A stretch of 64,000 nt of DNA, taken from Octopus vulgaris. Lineage: Eukaryota. Position 1 is the stretch's first letter, and every line of letters begins with the position of its first letter. Both the position numbers and the translations under genes were made by a program. This document shows, piece by piece, positions 1 through 13,686 of the stretch. The stretch spans positions 83,266,001 to 83,330,000 of the forward strand of contig OX597816.1 of NCBI GenBank assembly GCA_951406725.2, written 5' to 3'. The notes under the pieces are model-generated. The model searched no databases, was not told the origin of the DNA, and saw only the letters and a program-made list of their open reading frames with translations.

Positions 1-93
1 GTTTTTTATTTACTACCTTGCCACCGATACGGTAGCCGGCGGTGCAAATAAATTCTAAGGACCCCAACAAGGAAAAGGAAATAAACATACATG

Positions 94-190
94 TACGAGG
101 GTGAGTCAAAAAGTAATGCCATTTTGTGTAGGTCAGGTATAATTACCAACACAAGAACATGTATCATACATCAAAATGATACTGGACCTC
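94..190 (+). mobile_element. mariner-type 5' end/TIR fragment
   Basis: TA followed by CGAGGGTGAGTCAAAAAGTAATGCC, the usual TA-CGAGGG mariner terminus. No partner TIR seen nearby. Confidence 0.5.
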
Positions 191-871
191 GCATAGTAGA
201 AGAAATCCACAGAAGAGAGAAAAGAGGAAGGAAGAAAAGATTGGAACGGAGAGTTCGTGTTGTCTGAAGAATAAATTAATGGAAATATAGATAATTCGTA
301 AACTTTATTGAAGCGTGGCCTTTTTAGAGCGTTTTAAGTGCATTCTGCAAATTAGTTTGTCAGTGGGCAGCTGCATACTACACACATCGAAATGTTGAAC
401 ACAACCATGGTCAACCTGTTGACTATCGGAGCAACTAATGAGCCTCTTGATGATCTGCACAATCTGCTAGAAATAGATACTAAATCTTCCTCAAATCACA
501 TCCTACCCTCGAGTTACGACATACAGAATGTAGAAATTTTAATATATGGCATTCAGTTGGGCGAAGAATGTATCATAAATGCCATGAAGTTATGTTATGA
601 TAGTACGAGATTCCTATCATAGTATCAGCTCCTTCTAAATTACGTGAAATACTCCGCACCGCCCTTATTTTTACCAATGTATTATTATCATTTATCTATC
701 TTGACCTCCTGGCAACCCTTCCGGAAGGATGAAAGTTGACCCCCATCAAATCGAACTCATCACCCTCACGTAGCGAAACTGATAGTGTAAACTATACCGT
801 TCCAGTTTCTATTATTGTGTATCTTTGTTTGTTTGTATGTATGTATGTATGTATGTATGTATGTATGTATG

Positions 872-902
<31 letters not shown>

Positions 903-915
903 GTATGTGTGTGTG

Positions 916-946
<31 letters not shown>

Positions 947-1319
947 TGTTTGTATGTATATAACATATGTATGTAATTTTTGTATGTATATAACCTATGT
1001 ATTTAATGTGTGTATGTATGTAATGCATGAATGTATGAATGCATGCACGTATATATTATATGTTTATATGTACTGTATGTACGTTTTCTCTTCCTGATAA
1101 CAGTTTTAGAGTTTGTCATGGCCGCCCCACTGCCTAGTTGTAAGTTTGTATAGAAAATATATTAAAGAAATGGTAGAGATAGATGATCATTTCACATCCT
1201 TTTTTACAACTATTCACACTATTTTTAAATTGCGGATGTGTACATGATAGGCAAGTGATTTGATCTGAAACCAACTGTTGAAATTCAAACGATGGCAGCC
1301 TAGAAGGCAGTAGTCAAAA

Positions 1320-1468
1320 TAAGTGTCATGCTGAATCTTCCTGAGAACTATTTTAAGGATAAGCGTATCTGTGGAGTGCTCAGCCGCTTGTACGTTAATT
1401 TCACAAGCAGGCTATTCTATTGAGCAGATCAGCTGGAACTCTCGTCATCGTAAGCGACGGAGTGCCCA
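1320..1468 (+). mobile_element. 3' part of tRNA-derived SINE (same family as 41650-41992)
   Basis: GCTGAATCTTCCTGAGAACTA...TCTGTGGAGTGCTCAGCCGCTTGTACGTTAATTTCAC matches the reverse complement of 41660-41750. Confidence 0.75.
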
Positions 1469-1574
1469 GTATAAAGGCAGATTCTGTACTGAGGTCTTGC
1501 ATTGTAAAGGTGACGTTGCAAAGCATAAAGATTAAAGTTCTAGTTGAGCAAAAGTTAGCTGACATGGAGAACGG

Positions 1575-1878
1575 AAAGTCATCTGATTACTGGGTAAGGG
1601 TTCTCTGTATTCACCTGATGGATTACTACATGTGGAACACAATTGAGAAAGACACCAACCGCTCTGCCTGCAACAGTAAGAGTGACATGGTGGTCAATAT
1701 CAAGGAATGAAGAACGCATGCGCTAGGTTTCGGAGCCGTCTTGATGCCGCGGTGGAACCTGAAAACGACTGCATTGCGTAAACCATTATTTTTTTAATTT
1801 TCTAAAATACTTTATTTTTAGATAGGTTATTGCGTTTTCTTTTCCTTTTGTACAAAGTGTCAATCTTATCCCAAACAC

Positions 1879-1882
<4 letters not shown>
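1575..1882 (+). mobile_element. decayed Tc1/mariner-superfamily transposase 3' end with right TIR
   Basis: Translates to ..LMDYYMWNTIEKDTNRSACN, resembling the SPDxNPMDYxxW motif around the third catalytic residue. Ends in ...CAAACACCCTG (reverse complement CAGGGTG, a Tc1-like terminus) just before a (TG)n run. Confidence 0.6.
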
Positions 1883-1928
<46 letters not shown>

Positions 1929-2493
1929 TGTGTGTGTGTGTGTGCGTGCGTGTTGTGCGCTTCATAGAGCTGTAAGAGCTTGTAATTCTTACCTATAGCA
2001 ATATAAGTGCTTCAGCAATATAAGTGACTCGGTCACAGTTGGTGAGGATTAAAGTTTTCGTTAATGGCTTTATATTACGCCCAGCTGTTTATATCAATTT
2101 TTGATATACACATTAGCATTTCGCTACATCAAACATAAAAGAAAAAAATTGAGAAATTGACACAAACGAGTCACCAGTTTATTCAAAGATATTCAAATCA
2201 ATCTCATATTTTATTGATATGAATATATTTGAATAAACTGATGCCTATAGGTCAATTTCTCCATTTTCTTCTTTTCCTCATTTATACATATATATGCATG
2301 CATACGTACATCCATCCATCCATCCATCCATCCATCCATCCATCCATCCATCCATACATACATACATACATACATACATACACATATATACATATATATA
2401 CCCGCGCACACATATAAGCATGTGCATATGTAAATGTATGTATGTGTGTATGTATGTATCTATCTATACATATGTAAGTACATGCTTACATAC

Positions 2494-2604
<111 letters not shown>

Positions 2605-3054
2605 TAAGATATATAAGAAACACGCGTATATGTAACTTGTGCGTGTGCGCACGTGTATATACTGTATATACATATATATATATATATATGTACATATGTA
2701 TAAAATATATATATATATATATATATAATTACATATATACATATATATATATATATATTGCATAATTATATTCATCTACATGTATATAAATATGTTTAAA
2801 TAGATATATCTATATGTATACATATATGTAAGTGTCTCTGTGTGTGTGTGTGTTTTACATGTATGTAATCAGCGATAGTATGCGTACGCGCAACGTGATA
2901 TTTTAGAGACACATGTGTGAGCATTAGTGAAACATTTATAAAAAGTCGATGTATATCATTTATGTTTCTGGCACCAATACAAATGTGCATTTCTTTAAAA
3001 AACGGTTATTCTCATTCCTAATTAGATGGAAATTACGGCAGGGTTGGCAGCGAA

Positions 3055-3170
3055 AGCGATTGCGATGACGGTGGCGTTAAGGTGTTCTCGTTAAAAGATC
3101 ATAATATTATCAGCTACATCAAACTATTTATAAAATTATAATGAAAAATTGTTGAATATATAGTTGTAAG

Positions 3171-3216
<46 letters not shown>

Positions 3217-3227
3217 ATATATATATG

Positions 3228-3286
<59 letters not shown>

Positions 3287-3399
3287 TTACAACTATATAT
3301 TCAACAATTTTTCATTATAATTTTATAAATAGTTTGATGTAGCTGATAATATTATGATCTTTTAACGAGAACACCTTAACGCCACCGTCATCACAATCG

Positions 3400-3401
<2 letters not shown>
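3055..3401. repeat. 117-bp near-perfect inverted repeat around a (TA)n spacer
   Basis: 3055-3171 is the reverse complement of 3285-3401 with one mismatch. The right arm lies between TA arrays. Confidence 0.95.
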
Positions 3402-3441
<40 letters not shown>

Positions 3442-4653
3442 TTATAACAAGAGAAAGAGAAAGGTGTATTATAATAGTACAAGGTGGAAAACATCATTGG
3501 TGAACGAATTAAGGTCTGATTTATATCACTGTTACAAATTTGATATTCATATTCCTTGTATGGAAGCCCTTCTTCTTTATTAACGAAAGTATTTGACACT
3601 GAACCTCTACAGACACTGTTACTCTTACATTAGAAGAGACATTCAAAAGTATGCATACAATATACATGTATGTATGTATGTATGTATGTACGAATATACA
3701 ACACATACGTACAGACATATATGTCTATATATATGTATATATGTATGTGTATACATATATAAATATGTATAGACATTTTACATGTATACATATATACAGC
3801 ATTTATGTACATGAATAGATAAATATATATTAACGAATATATCTATATCTATATCTATTTCTATATATATATATGTATGTATATATATATATATATTTAT
3901 ATGTTTGTGTGTGTATGTGTGTATACATACATATATATTATATATGTATATATGTATATGGGTATGCCTGTGTGTGTCTATGTGTATTTATGGGAGAATG
4001 TATAAACATCTGTACATTAAATATGTATATGCTTAAATTATGCACACACACACACACACACATACACACACACACACGTGCGCGCGCACGCACATAAATA
4101 ACGAGCTAATCGTGTTATAAAGAAGACTTGAATTCGAGCTACCTTAATAATGAATCCGATTGTTGGAGACAATATAAAACGTAGTTATAATTTATACAAT
4201 AGTAGATGATATTGATAAGAACAAAAACAACAACAGCATCAACAACAACAATAATAAAATGAAAAATGAATGCAAAGGAGAAGTAAAGTACAGTCATAAA
4301 AATGATTACTAGAAAAGAAGGTAACAATCTCGTGAGTCACGTGATCATTAAACGCTTCACTAAAGACTTGATGGCGTTTCTATATACGGGGGAAATATAA
4401 CGAAGAAAAATCGAGCAAAACATTATAAATGTTCTCCCCAAAAATCTGGAAGAGCAGATGTTCGAGATTGTTTTCAAATCTAATTCAAACAAAATATAAT
4501 TTTTCGTTCTTTTAGTTCATTAGTGTTGGTGAATTTATTTTAATTCTTTTATTTTGATAAAGAACAGGCGGGAGTCTAGGTTGTCTGTTCAACGCTGTTC
4601 GTATAATACATACATACATACATACATGCATACATAGACACACATACACATTT

Positions 4654-4722
<69 letters not shown>

Positions 4723-4889
4723 CATTTATATATACACATACGCGCGCGCATGTCTTGTTTTCTTGACTATTATTTCAGTGTCAGTGATATAAAGATATAA
4801 TTTATATGTAGATTTTGATCGATATTCGATCACCGATGTACAAGAACCGCCAAGAAATGTATTATCACTCTTACAATTATTATTATTAC

Positions 4890-4981
<92 letters not shown>

Positions 4982-5579
4982 TTGTTTTGTTTAGTTTAAC
5001 AGAATGTTGAAGTGAGGCGCAAGAAAGATAGTCAACAAGCACAAGATCGATTCACTATGGAGTGAGTTTAATTCAATTACTACCCGTAGCTCGAAATTTC
5101 GTCTGGAGCGATATGCCCCGTTAATTCGCTACAAAAAAACCCTCCTCTAGGTTGTGATCGTTTGGCTATATGAAGGGTTATAAGAAGATTTCATTATAAT
5201 AATGATAAACTTTATGTTCGTACTCTTGCCTTGGCGGATTTTGTCTTTTATAGGAAAGTGTTGCGCATTAAAATCTCACCAATGCTGATTTAATCCATGA
5301 CAATTTGGGTCGATAAATAAATTATCAGTCAAGTACTGCGGACAGTTCTCTTTCTCTCACTCTTTCTGAGTGTTCGTCTCTTTGTTTTGCGAAGAAATTA
5401 GCTGTGTGTGCCATGATGGCTTTCACTAGGTCAAAAAGTGTTTGTACTGCGTTGCATGACATGACGGTGGCCCTACAGGAGTTCAATGCAAAAAGCATAA
5501 TCGCACATGTAAACTATACAAGCATACTACACATGCATTCATGATAAAACGTATAAATATATAACATTTATGGGGATCA

Positions 5580-5646
5580 TGTGAAGGCGCATGGATCTGT
5601 GGTTAGAACGTCAGGTTCACAATCATGAGGTAGTGAGTTCGATTTC
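5580..5646 (+). mobile_element. tRNA-derived SINE head fragment
   Basis: GTGAAGGCGCATGGATCTGTGGTTAGA...GAGTTCGATT has A-box and B-box-like motifs and resembles the head at about 54838. Confidence 0.6.
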
Positions 5647-5658
5647 ATATATTACTAG

Positions 5659-5747
5659 CGCGACTGATAGTCTCACGTACATGATATGTACGTTCATCAG
5701 AACCTGATGAACTTACTTGTCGCGTACGTGAAACTATTAGTAACGCG
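5659..5747. ncRNA. palindrome of two head-to-head hammerhead cores
   Basis: Plus strand: CTGATGA(5704)-ACTTAC-loop-GTACGT-GAAAC(5730)-TATTA-GTA. Minus strand from 5700: CTGATGA-ACGTAC-ATATCAT-GTACGT-GAGAC-TATCA-GTC. Cores are separated by only AAC. Confidence 0.65.
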
Positions 5748-5875
5748 TATAATACATGACGAGTGAAACGCATGCATTGATATTGGACTGTCATTAGATG
5801 TCGTACTATTCTTGTAGGCCGTTTTTATGCAAATTAATTATGTATATATATATATAGGGAATGTTAGTTATGGCC

Positions 5876-6044
5876 GGTTGATAGATTTACCTAGGGTTTC
5901 GCGTCCATAAAGAGCTTAATTTTATACACGTCTCGACAGGCCCTAATGCCAGGTGAAGTTATAGGCCACCGGCCATTAATGTCTGACGGGACGTGTGTGT
6001 AAAGCTAAGCGCTTTATGGACGCGAAACCCTGGGTAGACCTATG

Positions 6045-6047
<3 letters not shown>
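5876..6047. ncRNA. fold-back element with a decayed hammerhead in each arm, between TA arrays
   Basis: Plus: CTGACGG(5983)-GACGTG...GGACGC-GAAAC(6024)-CCTGG-GTA-GACCTA. Minus: TAGGGC-CTGTCGA-GACGTG...GGACGC-GAAAC-CCTAG-GTA. Combining the arms gives CTGACGA and an approximate TAGGTC/GACCTA stem I. Confidence 0.7.
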
Positions 6048-6081
<34 letters not shown>

Positions 6082-6084
<3 letters not shown>

Positions 6085-6393
6085 TCTTTTACTTTTTTAC
6101 TCTTTTACTTGTTTCAGTTATTTGACTGCGGTCATGCTGGAGCACCACCTTTAGTCGAGAAAATCGACCCCAGGACTTATTCTTTGTAAGCCTAGTACTT
6201 ATTCTCTCGGTCTCTTTTGCCGAACCGCTAAGTTACGGGGACGTAAACACACCACCATCGGTTGTCAAGCGATGTTGGAGGGACAAACACAGACACACAA
6301 ACTCACACACACATATATATATATACATAAATACGACGGGCTTCTTTCAGTTTCCGTCTACCAAATCCACTCACAAGGCTTTGGTCGGCCCGA
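6082..6393 (-). mobile_element. tRNA-derived SINE family A, 5'-truncated
   Basis: Reverse complement of the 3' two-thirds of the full copy at 41141-41560, with an (AGTAAAAG)-like tail. Confidence 0.9.
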
Positions 6394-6919
6394 TAGAATA
6401 AGTACTAGGCTTACAAAAAATAAGTCCTGGGGGCGATTTGTTCGACTAAATGCGATTTGTTCGACTAAATGCGAAATAAGTAAAAATATATAAATAATGA
6501 ATATATATATATATTCATATACGCACACACAAACACACGCACACATACATACACACACTTATATAGATAGATACATACAAACACGCACAGATTGTTTCTT
6601 TCATAAGCTTCTTTCTTACTTGTTTACTTTATTTTTCTTTGATTTCATTCGACTTTTCCCATTTTTCCTCGTTTACCAATGGTGCATTTGTGTGTAAGTA
6701 TGCGTATTGTGAGCACGAATATTTGTGTGTTTATATATATAGATGTGTATGTATAAAATACAACAACATATATATCTATCACCCAGGAAACTCCAATAAA
6801 AAAGCAGCAAAACGCCAATCATAATTAAGCGAATTGAAAGATGTTGAGATTGTACTTCTCTCAAATGGCGATTGCTTGTCATATCGAAGATGAGGATGTA
6901 CAACAAACCAACTAACGCA

Positions 6920-6956
6920 ATGATGATGTTAATGGTGGTAATATTCATATTTATAA

Positions 6957-6988
<32 letters not shown>

Positions 6989-7160
6989 ACGGTGTTGTTG
7001 ATGATGATGATGATGACGACGACGACAACGAAGATAGCGATGACGATGACAAGGACGACGGTAATAGCGACGACGATGACGATGGTGACGGCGATGATGA
7101 TGATGGTGGTGGTTATGGCGATGATGATGGTGATGATGATGAGGATGATAATGATGACGA
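6920..7160. repeat. degenerate (GAT/GAC/GGT)n triplet tract at the tail of a minus-strand SINE-B fragment (7160-7290)
   Basis: Direct reading. The tract abuts TTTCAAATTTTGCCATAAGGCC, the SINE-B 3' end on the minus strand. Confidence 0.85.
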
Positions 7161-7339
7161 TCGTTTCAAATTTTGCCATAAGGCCCCTATTATGGGAGAG
7201 ACTGTCAAGTACATTGACCTAGCACTGGGCTGGTCTTTTATTTTATCGACCCGGAAAAGACGTGAGGCAAGGTTGGCCTTCGGGTATTTGAACCCAGTCC
7301 TCCATGTAGCAGAACACGACAGCAGAAAAGTAGGGATTC

Positions 7340-7830
7340 CGTACTGATAAGCCATGATGTGAGGTGAGACACGACAGTTTGACGGTAGTAGATGACGGAT
7401 GCAATGAAAGCATTCGCCAACTCCACTCGACATTTCAGGGATAGTTTCCTCTCAGCTCACTTCTTGGTAAGTTTTGCCATCTTGCACGCCGCTTGTTCCT
7501 CGATTTTCTCTACCTAGGGATCTCGACCAAACCCCTAGCAATTTCATCGGCCCATCCGTCCAGCACACTCGACGCTATTGGTCGGCATGGACCTATCACT
7601 TTAAGTGCCGAGCTACAGACCCAACTACATCTGGTTAGTTGTTAAGCTTACCACCTTTAGAAGAGAGTCGATCACTTCAATTAATTTGTACCCGACACAA
7701 TTACGGTGACGTCGTCCGCACTTGCAAACAGGATCTTCCACGTCCTAGCTTTTGCGGGATGCCCCTCGAAATCGCTAACTTCTTCAATAGTGCTTCTAGA
7801 GTCTGTACGTGCAGAAAGGGAAAGAGTGGG
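7340..7830 (-). pseudogene. Tx1/L1-clade LINE reverse transcriptase fragment
   Basis: Minus-strand pieces ASADDVTVIVSG (YADD motif, about 7690-7725), WTDGPMKLLGVW and AERKLSLKCRVELANAFIASVIYYR, broken by stops and frameshifts. Confidence 0.8.
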
Positions 7831-7855
7831 GTACACTTGATGGACTAAGTGCATG

Positions 7856-8060
7856 GTACTGTTATTTAGCCCCAGGATTCATCGTTTCTAGCTGGCTATG
7901 CGACACAAACATACGTGTCCTTATGTTTTCGAACAGGGGAGATTAGCACCTCCACCCAGCAAAACCCAGCACCCACGGACTAGTTTCAGGGTTATTGCTC
8001 TTTTTCAGCATTGAGTAGCTTGGCTTTGCTACACGTCGCTGCTAATCCGCTGTCGAAAAC
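7856..8060 (-). mobile_element. partial copy of the hammerhead-containing palindromic element at 20996-21387
   Basis: The arm TGTTATTTAGCCCCAG...GTGTCCTTATGTTTTCGAACAGGGGAG and the loop align to the 21 kb element. Minus strand reads ATG-CTGAAAA-A-GAG-CAATAA-CCC-T-GAAAC-TA-GTC-CGT (8011-7975). Confidence 0.8.
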
Positions 8061-8098
8061 CTATAGAATTCAAAGTAAAAAAAAACATTCACTGATGT

Positions 8099-8155
<57 letters not shown>

Positions 8156-9919
8156 AAGAGAGAAAGAGAGAAAGAGAGACAGAGTTTTAATATATATAAA
8201 TATAACGTTGAACATACACATGAATAGCAACGAAGCATTTAGACTTGAGTATTGAAGTGACATGCACACCTACCACATGAGTGGAATCCAGACACACGCG
8301 TACACACAATAACACAAGCACTCATATGCACTCGCAGACGCGGACAAATGCACACACACACACACACACACACACATAGCCCCGGATCAAGCAATTCGGA
8401 TATCCAGAAACACCAAGAAGTGTCTTAAATAAAAGGGCCTTGTAACGTTATTAGTGGTCAGATTGAATTCTGCTCAAGGAAGGCATTAAAATCGCTACGA
8501 AAAGCACACATGTATGCTAACATACATATACACATGCATATATACATCTGTACACACACATAGATACACACACCATGCACACACTCATACACATACATAT
8601 GTATAGACACACAGACTTATAAACCTATTCAGAGACAGACTTATACATAATGACAGACACATAAATGGCATCACATAAGCACTCACTAATATATGTAGAG
8701 TTATGGATGTATATACACACAAGCGTACACACCGAGACAGAGATGTCATATACAGACATTTACATAGATACACAAAACCACAAATGCATGCATATAATGA
8801 CAAAATTATACACAAACTGATACAAGCAGAGCTAATACACATGCGCATATATTTATATAGAATTGGAAAAGCTAAAAGACGTAGTGATATGCATCCATCT
8901 AATGTCTTAAACACGCACTTACACATTCATTGTTTCAATTATGTACATTGACACATGAACATGCACACACACATTCATATATATACACAGCTTCCATTCA
9001 TAATAGATAAACCTATGACAGATTTATTTTGGGACATCAAGTTGTCGGGCTTGAAAATTGAAACTGTCAAAAACTTTTCTTTCACCGGGTCATATTTTTG
9101 CGCGAATGAGACGGCGGTGAGACGCCTAGTAGGGGTAGTATTTTCAATCATAATGTTAAAAATAAAAATAATAATAATATTCTTTTTAATAATGATAATA
9201 ATGACAATATTAAAAGCTACAACAATAAAAATGATGTAAAACAACAAAATATCAACACTAATATTAAACATTGTCTTTGTTATCTTTGCTTCGTTACAGC
9301 AGTTCAGTGTGACGGTGGAGAAAAGCATGGAACTTCGATGCTGTAGAGTATTTAACTACGTTCTGAGTTCAAAACTTGACGAGGTGAGGTTGGACTTAAC
9401 TTGCAATGTATTCTGGAGGAAATGAATGTCAGTGAAATATGTACCAGTAATACAGTGATGCGATTTCACTGACTGTATTCTCTTCTGTTTAAATCTAAAA
9501 TGAGAAATTATAAATGCTAATGTGTTGTAATGTGGACACAAGGCAATGAATACGTTACAGTGACTGAAATCTCACTACTTCATCAGAACGTTGTTTTATC
9601 GATCCCAGGAAGAGAAAAATTAAAACTGAAGTTGGCAGGATTTGACCCCAGAAAGTATATAGATACATCTAAATAACATTGATTCTGGCAATTTCTTGCT
9701 CTTAAAAATATATGATAGAAATATTTCCGCCGTAACCACACTTGCTGAGTAGATTCACTTTTATCCGTGCCAGTATCAGAATATACATGGCAAGAAGTCA
9801 TTCGTATGGTTTCTGTTATTGCGCTATATGGAAGTTTCAGTCTTTTCTGAAATTCAGGGACTGGAAGACGTTGTTTATTTATAACTGATTATTTACATAT
9901 ATTCAGGGATTAACTTTCA

Positions 9920-10135
9920 GTCGTTGTTGTTTAGCTCGAGGTCGATTCTGATTCAGCAGGCCCTGTGCTCAATGGCGTACATCGAGTATTTAGTATTTCC
10001 CGTGCATCGAGTATTTAGTTATACGTTATTCATTCAGACTTAAATACTATCTGTAAGACGTATGGGCGAATTTTAAGGAATATTTGACGTCTACTTTTAT
10101 TAGGTCGAATGATGATGTAGATGCTCCCTAGTTGG
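9920..10135 (-). mobile_element. old dispersed repeat, family D (other copies about 460-520, 25770-25830, 26240-26560, 35250-35330, 37150-37300, 60400-60580)
   Basis: Shared motifs CTGCTAGAAATAGCAGCCAAATCT and GTTGTTTAGCCCCAGGTC-like. Copies are highly diverged. Confidence 0.5.
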
Positions 10136-10729
10136 TTCGATTACCTTTAAATATTTTGGTCTGCTTGATGAATTGTATCCTTATAAGTAAATTTCTTACT
10201 CGTTGCACCAAAACTGGATAATATAATTCAGCAGTTTGGTTTTACTTTCCTTATAATATCCAAGATTGACATAAGGCCAGGAATTTTAGATGTGGAGGGA
10301 CTGTAGTCAATCATATCCACCCTAGAATTTGATTTATACTTTAATTTATTGGCCAAGGTGGGAACGGATGCTTGAGTCAACCTAAGTAAAGTTAAACTTT
10401 ATTTTCTCTAGTATTTGTCCAAGATCGCAGTTTCAGAGATTCAGGTTCCATGGACATCGTTTTTGTTTTTGCGTCAAATATCTTCAATTATGGTAAATTA
10501 GTTGTCTACCTCTCTAAAAGCTTTAGCGAGAACGAAGATTTTACATTCCAAGCAAGAATTACTTTGATATGACAACTTCTAAATGAATAAAAATCGAACT
10601 TACTTTTATAACCTTATTTTTCCTTTTTTTCTCCTGTACACACACACATACACCCCCCCCCACACACAAATACACACTCTATATTTCAAAGAACGAAGTA
10701 CTGGCAAGTAGAAAATCCTTGAGAAACCA

Positions 10730-11130
10730 ATCCAAGGGCAAACTTAAAAACTGTCTGTCACATGAATGTTCAAAAACGTTCCCGTAACCTGGTACACAAG
10801 GGATGTAATTAAAACGCACCATCGTGACTGTATCAAAAGATTTTGCCCTTATCCAGCAGTCAAATTAAAAGTTAAGATAAAGCATGTGCAAACAGGGAGG
10901 ACTGGAAGCAGATATGAGAGTAGAAGCCGTTGGTGCAGATCACATTCACCATGGACTGACGGTAAAAGAAAACCTGAAGGAGAAAAGAGCTCGACAACGA
11001 CACATTTAGCGGTAATTTTGTGACCAACGATTCATCTCAAACTCAGAACCCAGTCATGAAAAATAAATGGTAACATCAACAAACGATGAAGAAATTTTGG
11101 AAACATCTTCAACAGCGAAGAAATGCTGAA
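10730..11130 (+). pseudogene. possible highly decayed LINE AP-endonuclease domain
   Basis: Scattered pieces (HMNVQ, NPVMKI, TNDEEILE) lie in the order expected for an RTE-type endonuclease. Many disruptions. Confidence 0.35.
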
Positions 11131-11465
11131 ACAGTGAGAGTGGGGAGAATGTGTGAGAGACTAACGGCCAAAAAGGGAGACAGAGGCGAGGAAAGAGGAG
11201 AAGAAAGAGTGAGGAGAAGAAAGATAGATAGAGATGCATATGAGATTGTGTGTATTTTACTTTATTGATTGTGGACATGGTGCAATACTGCTTTCAATAT
11301 GGACGGGTTTAGGCCCAGTCTTGAATATCTTATCGATCTCAAAAGGATTAAAGGCAATGCCAACTTGTATGGAATTTCAACACAGGATATAAAGAAATAT
11401 GACCAAATATCTCAAGGTTTTTTGTTCTATACTCTCTCTCAGTTGTGATATCCACTGCCACCACA

Positions 11466-11533
<68 letters not shown>

Positions 11534-12358
11534 GATACACACGTACACCACATACACACACGCATTTTCAAAGGTGATGATTTCCTCCTTCGCTAAGATT
11601 TTCGCTTTTCCTTTTCCATCAAGAACAAGTCGAAAAATCAGACGAAAGAAAATAACCATGACCCAGGTTCCTTAATGAGTTCATTAATATTGTTTTTGCG
11701 TGAACGAACTGTGAAAAGCGATAAAGTTTAAACAGTGACAGTGAATCATAAGCTTTGAAGGAACTTACCATTTCTATTTCATGTATTGAACATATATTTT
11801 TTCTACTACATATGTACATATATGTGTGTGTCTTTATGCATGTATGTATGTATATATGTATATATATATGTATAGTTATATTGATATAAGAAAGTGGAAT
11901 ATGTATATATGTATATATGCATATGTATATATGTATATATACATATATATTCACTTACGTGCATACGTATGCATATGTGCATATATATGAAAATTTGTTA
12001 ATATATATAATGTATGTATATGTATATATGCATTATACATATATACCCATATGTATTTATATATATGTATATGTATATACGTATCTGTGCATTTGAATGT
12101 ATGTGTTTATACGCGTGTTTATGTATGCGTGTGTGTGTTTTGTTATCATGTGTTTGTGTCTCTATTCGCTTGTGTGTATGCATGTGTGTATGTACCAGCC
12201 GTATCTCTTCTACAATCCAGAACCTCACGAACATGTAATTTGTTCACAACCTTTTAAAATTTAATGCCTAATCTACCAATTTTCAATATCTCATGAAGAA
12301 AATTGCGTTTTCATTATGTGTGTGTGTGTTTGCGTGAGCGTGTATGTATGTATGTATG

Positions 12359-12392
<34 letters not shown>

Positions 12393-13309
12393 TGTATGTA
12401 TGTATGTATGTATGTATGTATGTATGTATGTATGTACGTACGTATGTATCGATGTATGTATTACAAACTACACGAAATCTAAAATTTTAATATATTTCCA
12501 GCTATTATTTATTGTAATCTTTCCCGAAACTAAAAATAATATGACGATTTCAAGAATTCAAGTGATAAAAGATTTAAGATAAACTTGCCTCCATTTGAAA
12601 ATTATTTTTAGAAGACCGAATTAATTTACTTCTTTCTAATGCAGATAAGCCAAATAAGGGATTTTGGATCCCTGGAGTTATTTAACTACAAACTTTGCCG
12701 ATATAAAAGATATAATATTTTAAAATATTTCCTTTCATAGTTGAAGGAAATTTTGTTTGATTAGGTGTTTGTAAAGTACACTGTTTCACTTCTCTTCTTT
12801 GATTCTATGCAGTTGAGTAAGTTTATATTAAAACATTGGGTTTGTCTACATAAATTTTATTCTGTCTCGATATATTGTAAATATCCTGCTCTTATTTCCA
12901 CATTTTATTGTTTAGTAATTCCACTCCAAAATACGGCAAAATTAATCTTTACGAGCGTTTCTTAAATAAACAGCTTTCTAAAATGCGGATGTTTCCCCTT
13001 CTATTAATTCTTACTGATAATGAAGTATTTTGGTGAAAAATAAACTTTTTGTAATTTTGTTGATGTTTCTACTATCTAAAACATCTTACACTCACTTAAA
13101 AACTTTTCTTTATGCTATGTCGCAATCTTATATCATTCTAGCTTATGGCCCAAAATTTCGACTTTCTCGCTCATTTCTTTTGCTATTAGTTTGGTTCTCG
13201 AACTTTTTTCTTTTTTGCGCATTTGGTAAAGTGACGAAAGAGAGAGACAGATATTTGTATTTTATACGTATATACACACACACAATATATGCATACATGC
13301 ACATATTCT

Positions 13310-13686
13310 TTTATTCTTTTATTTGTTTCAGTCATTTGACCGCGAGCATGCTGGAGCAACACCTTTAGTTGAACAAATCGATCCCAGGACTTATTGTTTG
13401 TAAGCCTAGTACTTATTCTATCGGTCTCCTTTTTTTGATGACCGGGGACGTAATCACACCAACATCGGTTGTCAGTCGATGATGAGGGGACAAAAACAGA
13501 CACTGATAACAAATACATGCATATATATACGACGGGCTTCTTTCAGTTTCCGTCTAAATACATTCACAAGACTTTGGTCGGCCCAAGGCTATAGTAGAAG
13601 ACACTTGCCGAAGGTGCCACGCAGTGGGATTGAACTCGAAACCATGTGTTTGGGAAGCAAGCTTCTTACTACACAGTCACTCCTAT
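13310..13686 (-). mobile_element. SINE family A, near full length
   Basis: Reverse complement of 41141-41560. Confidence 0.9.

Noticed and set aside
2080-2117. Minus-strand CTAATGT-hairpin-AAACAGCTG hammerhead-like relic
   Set aside because: At least three core mismatches, so it cannot be distinguished from chance.
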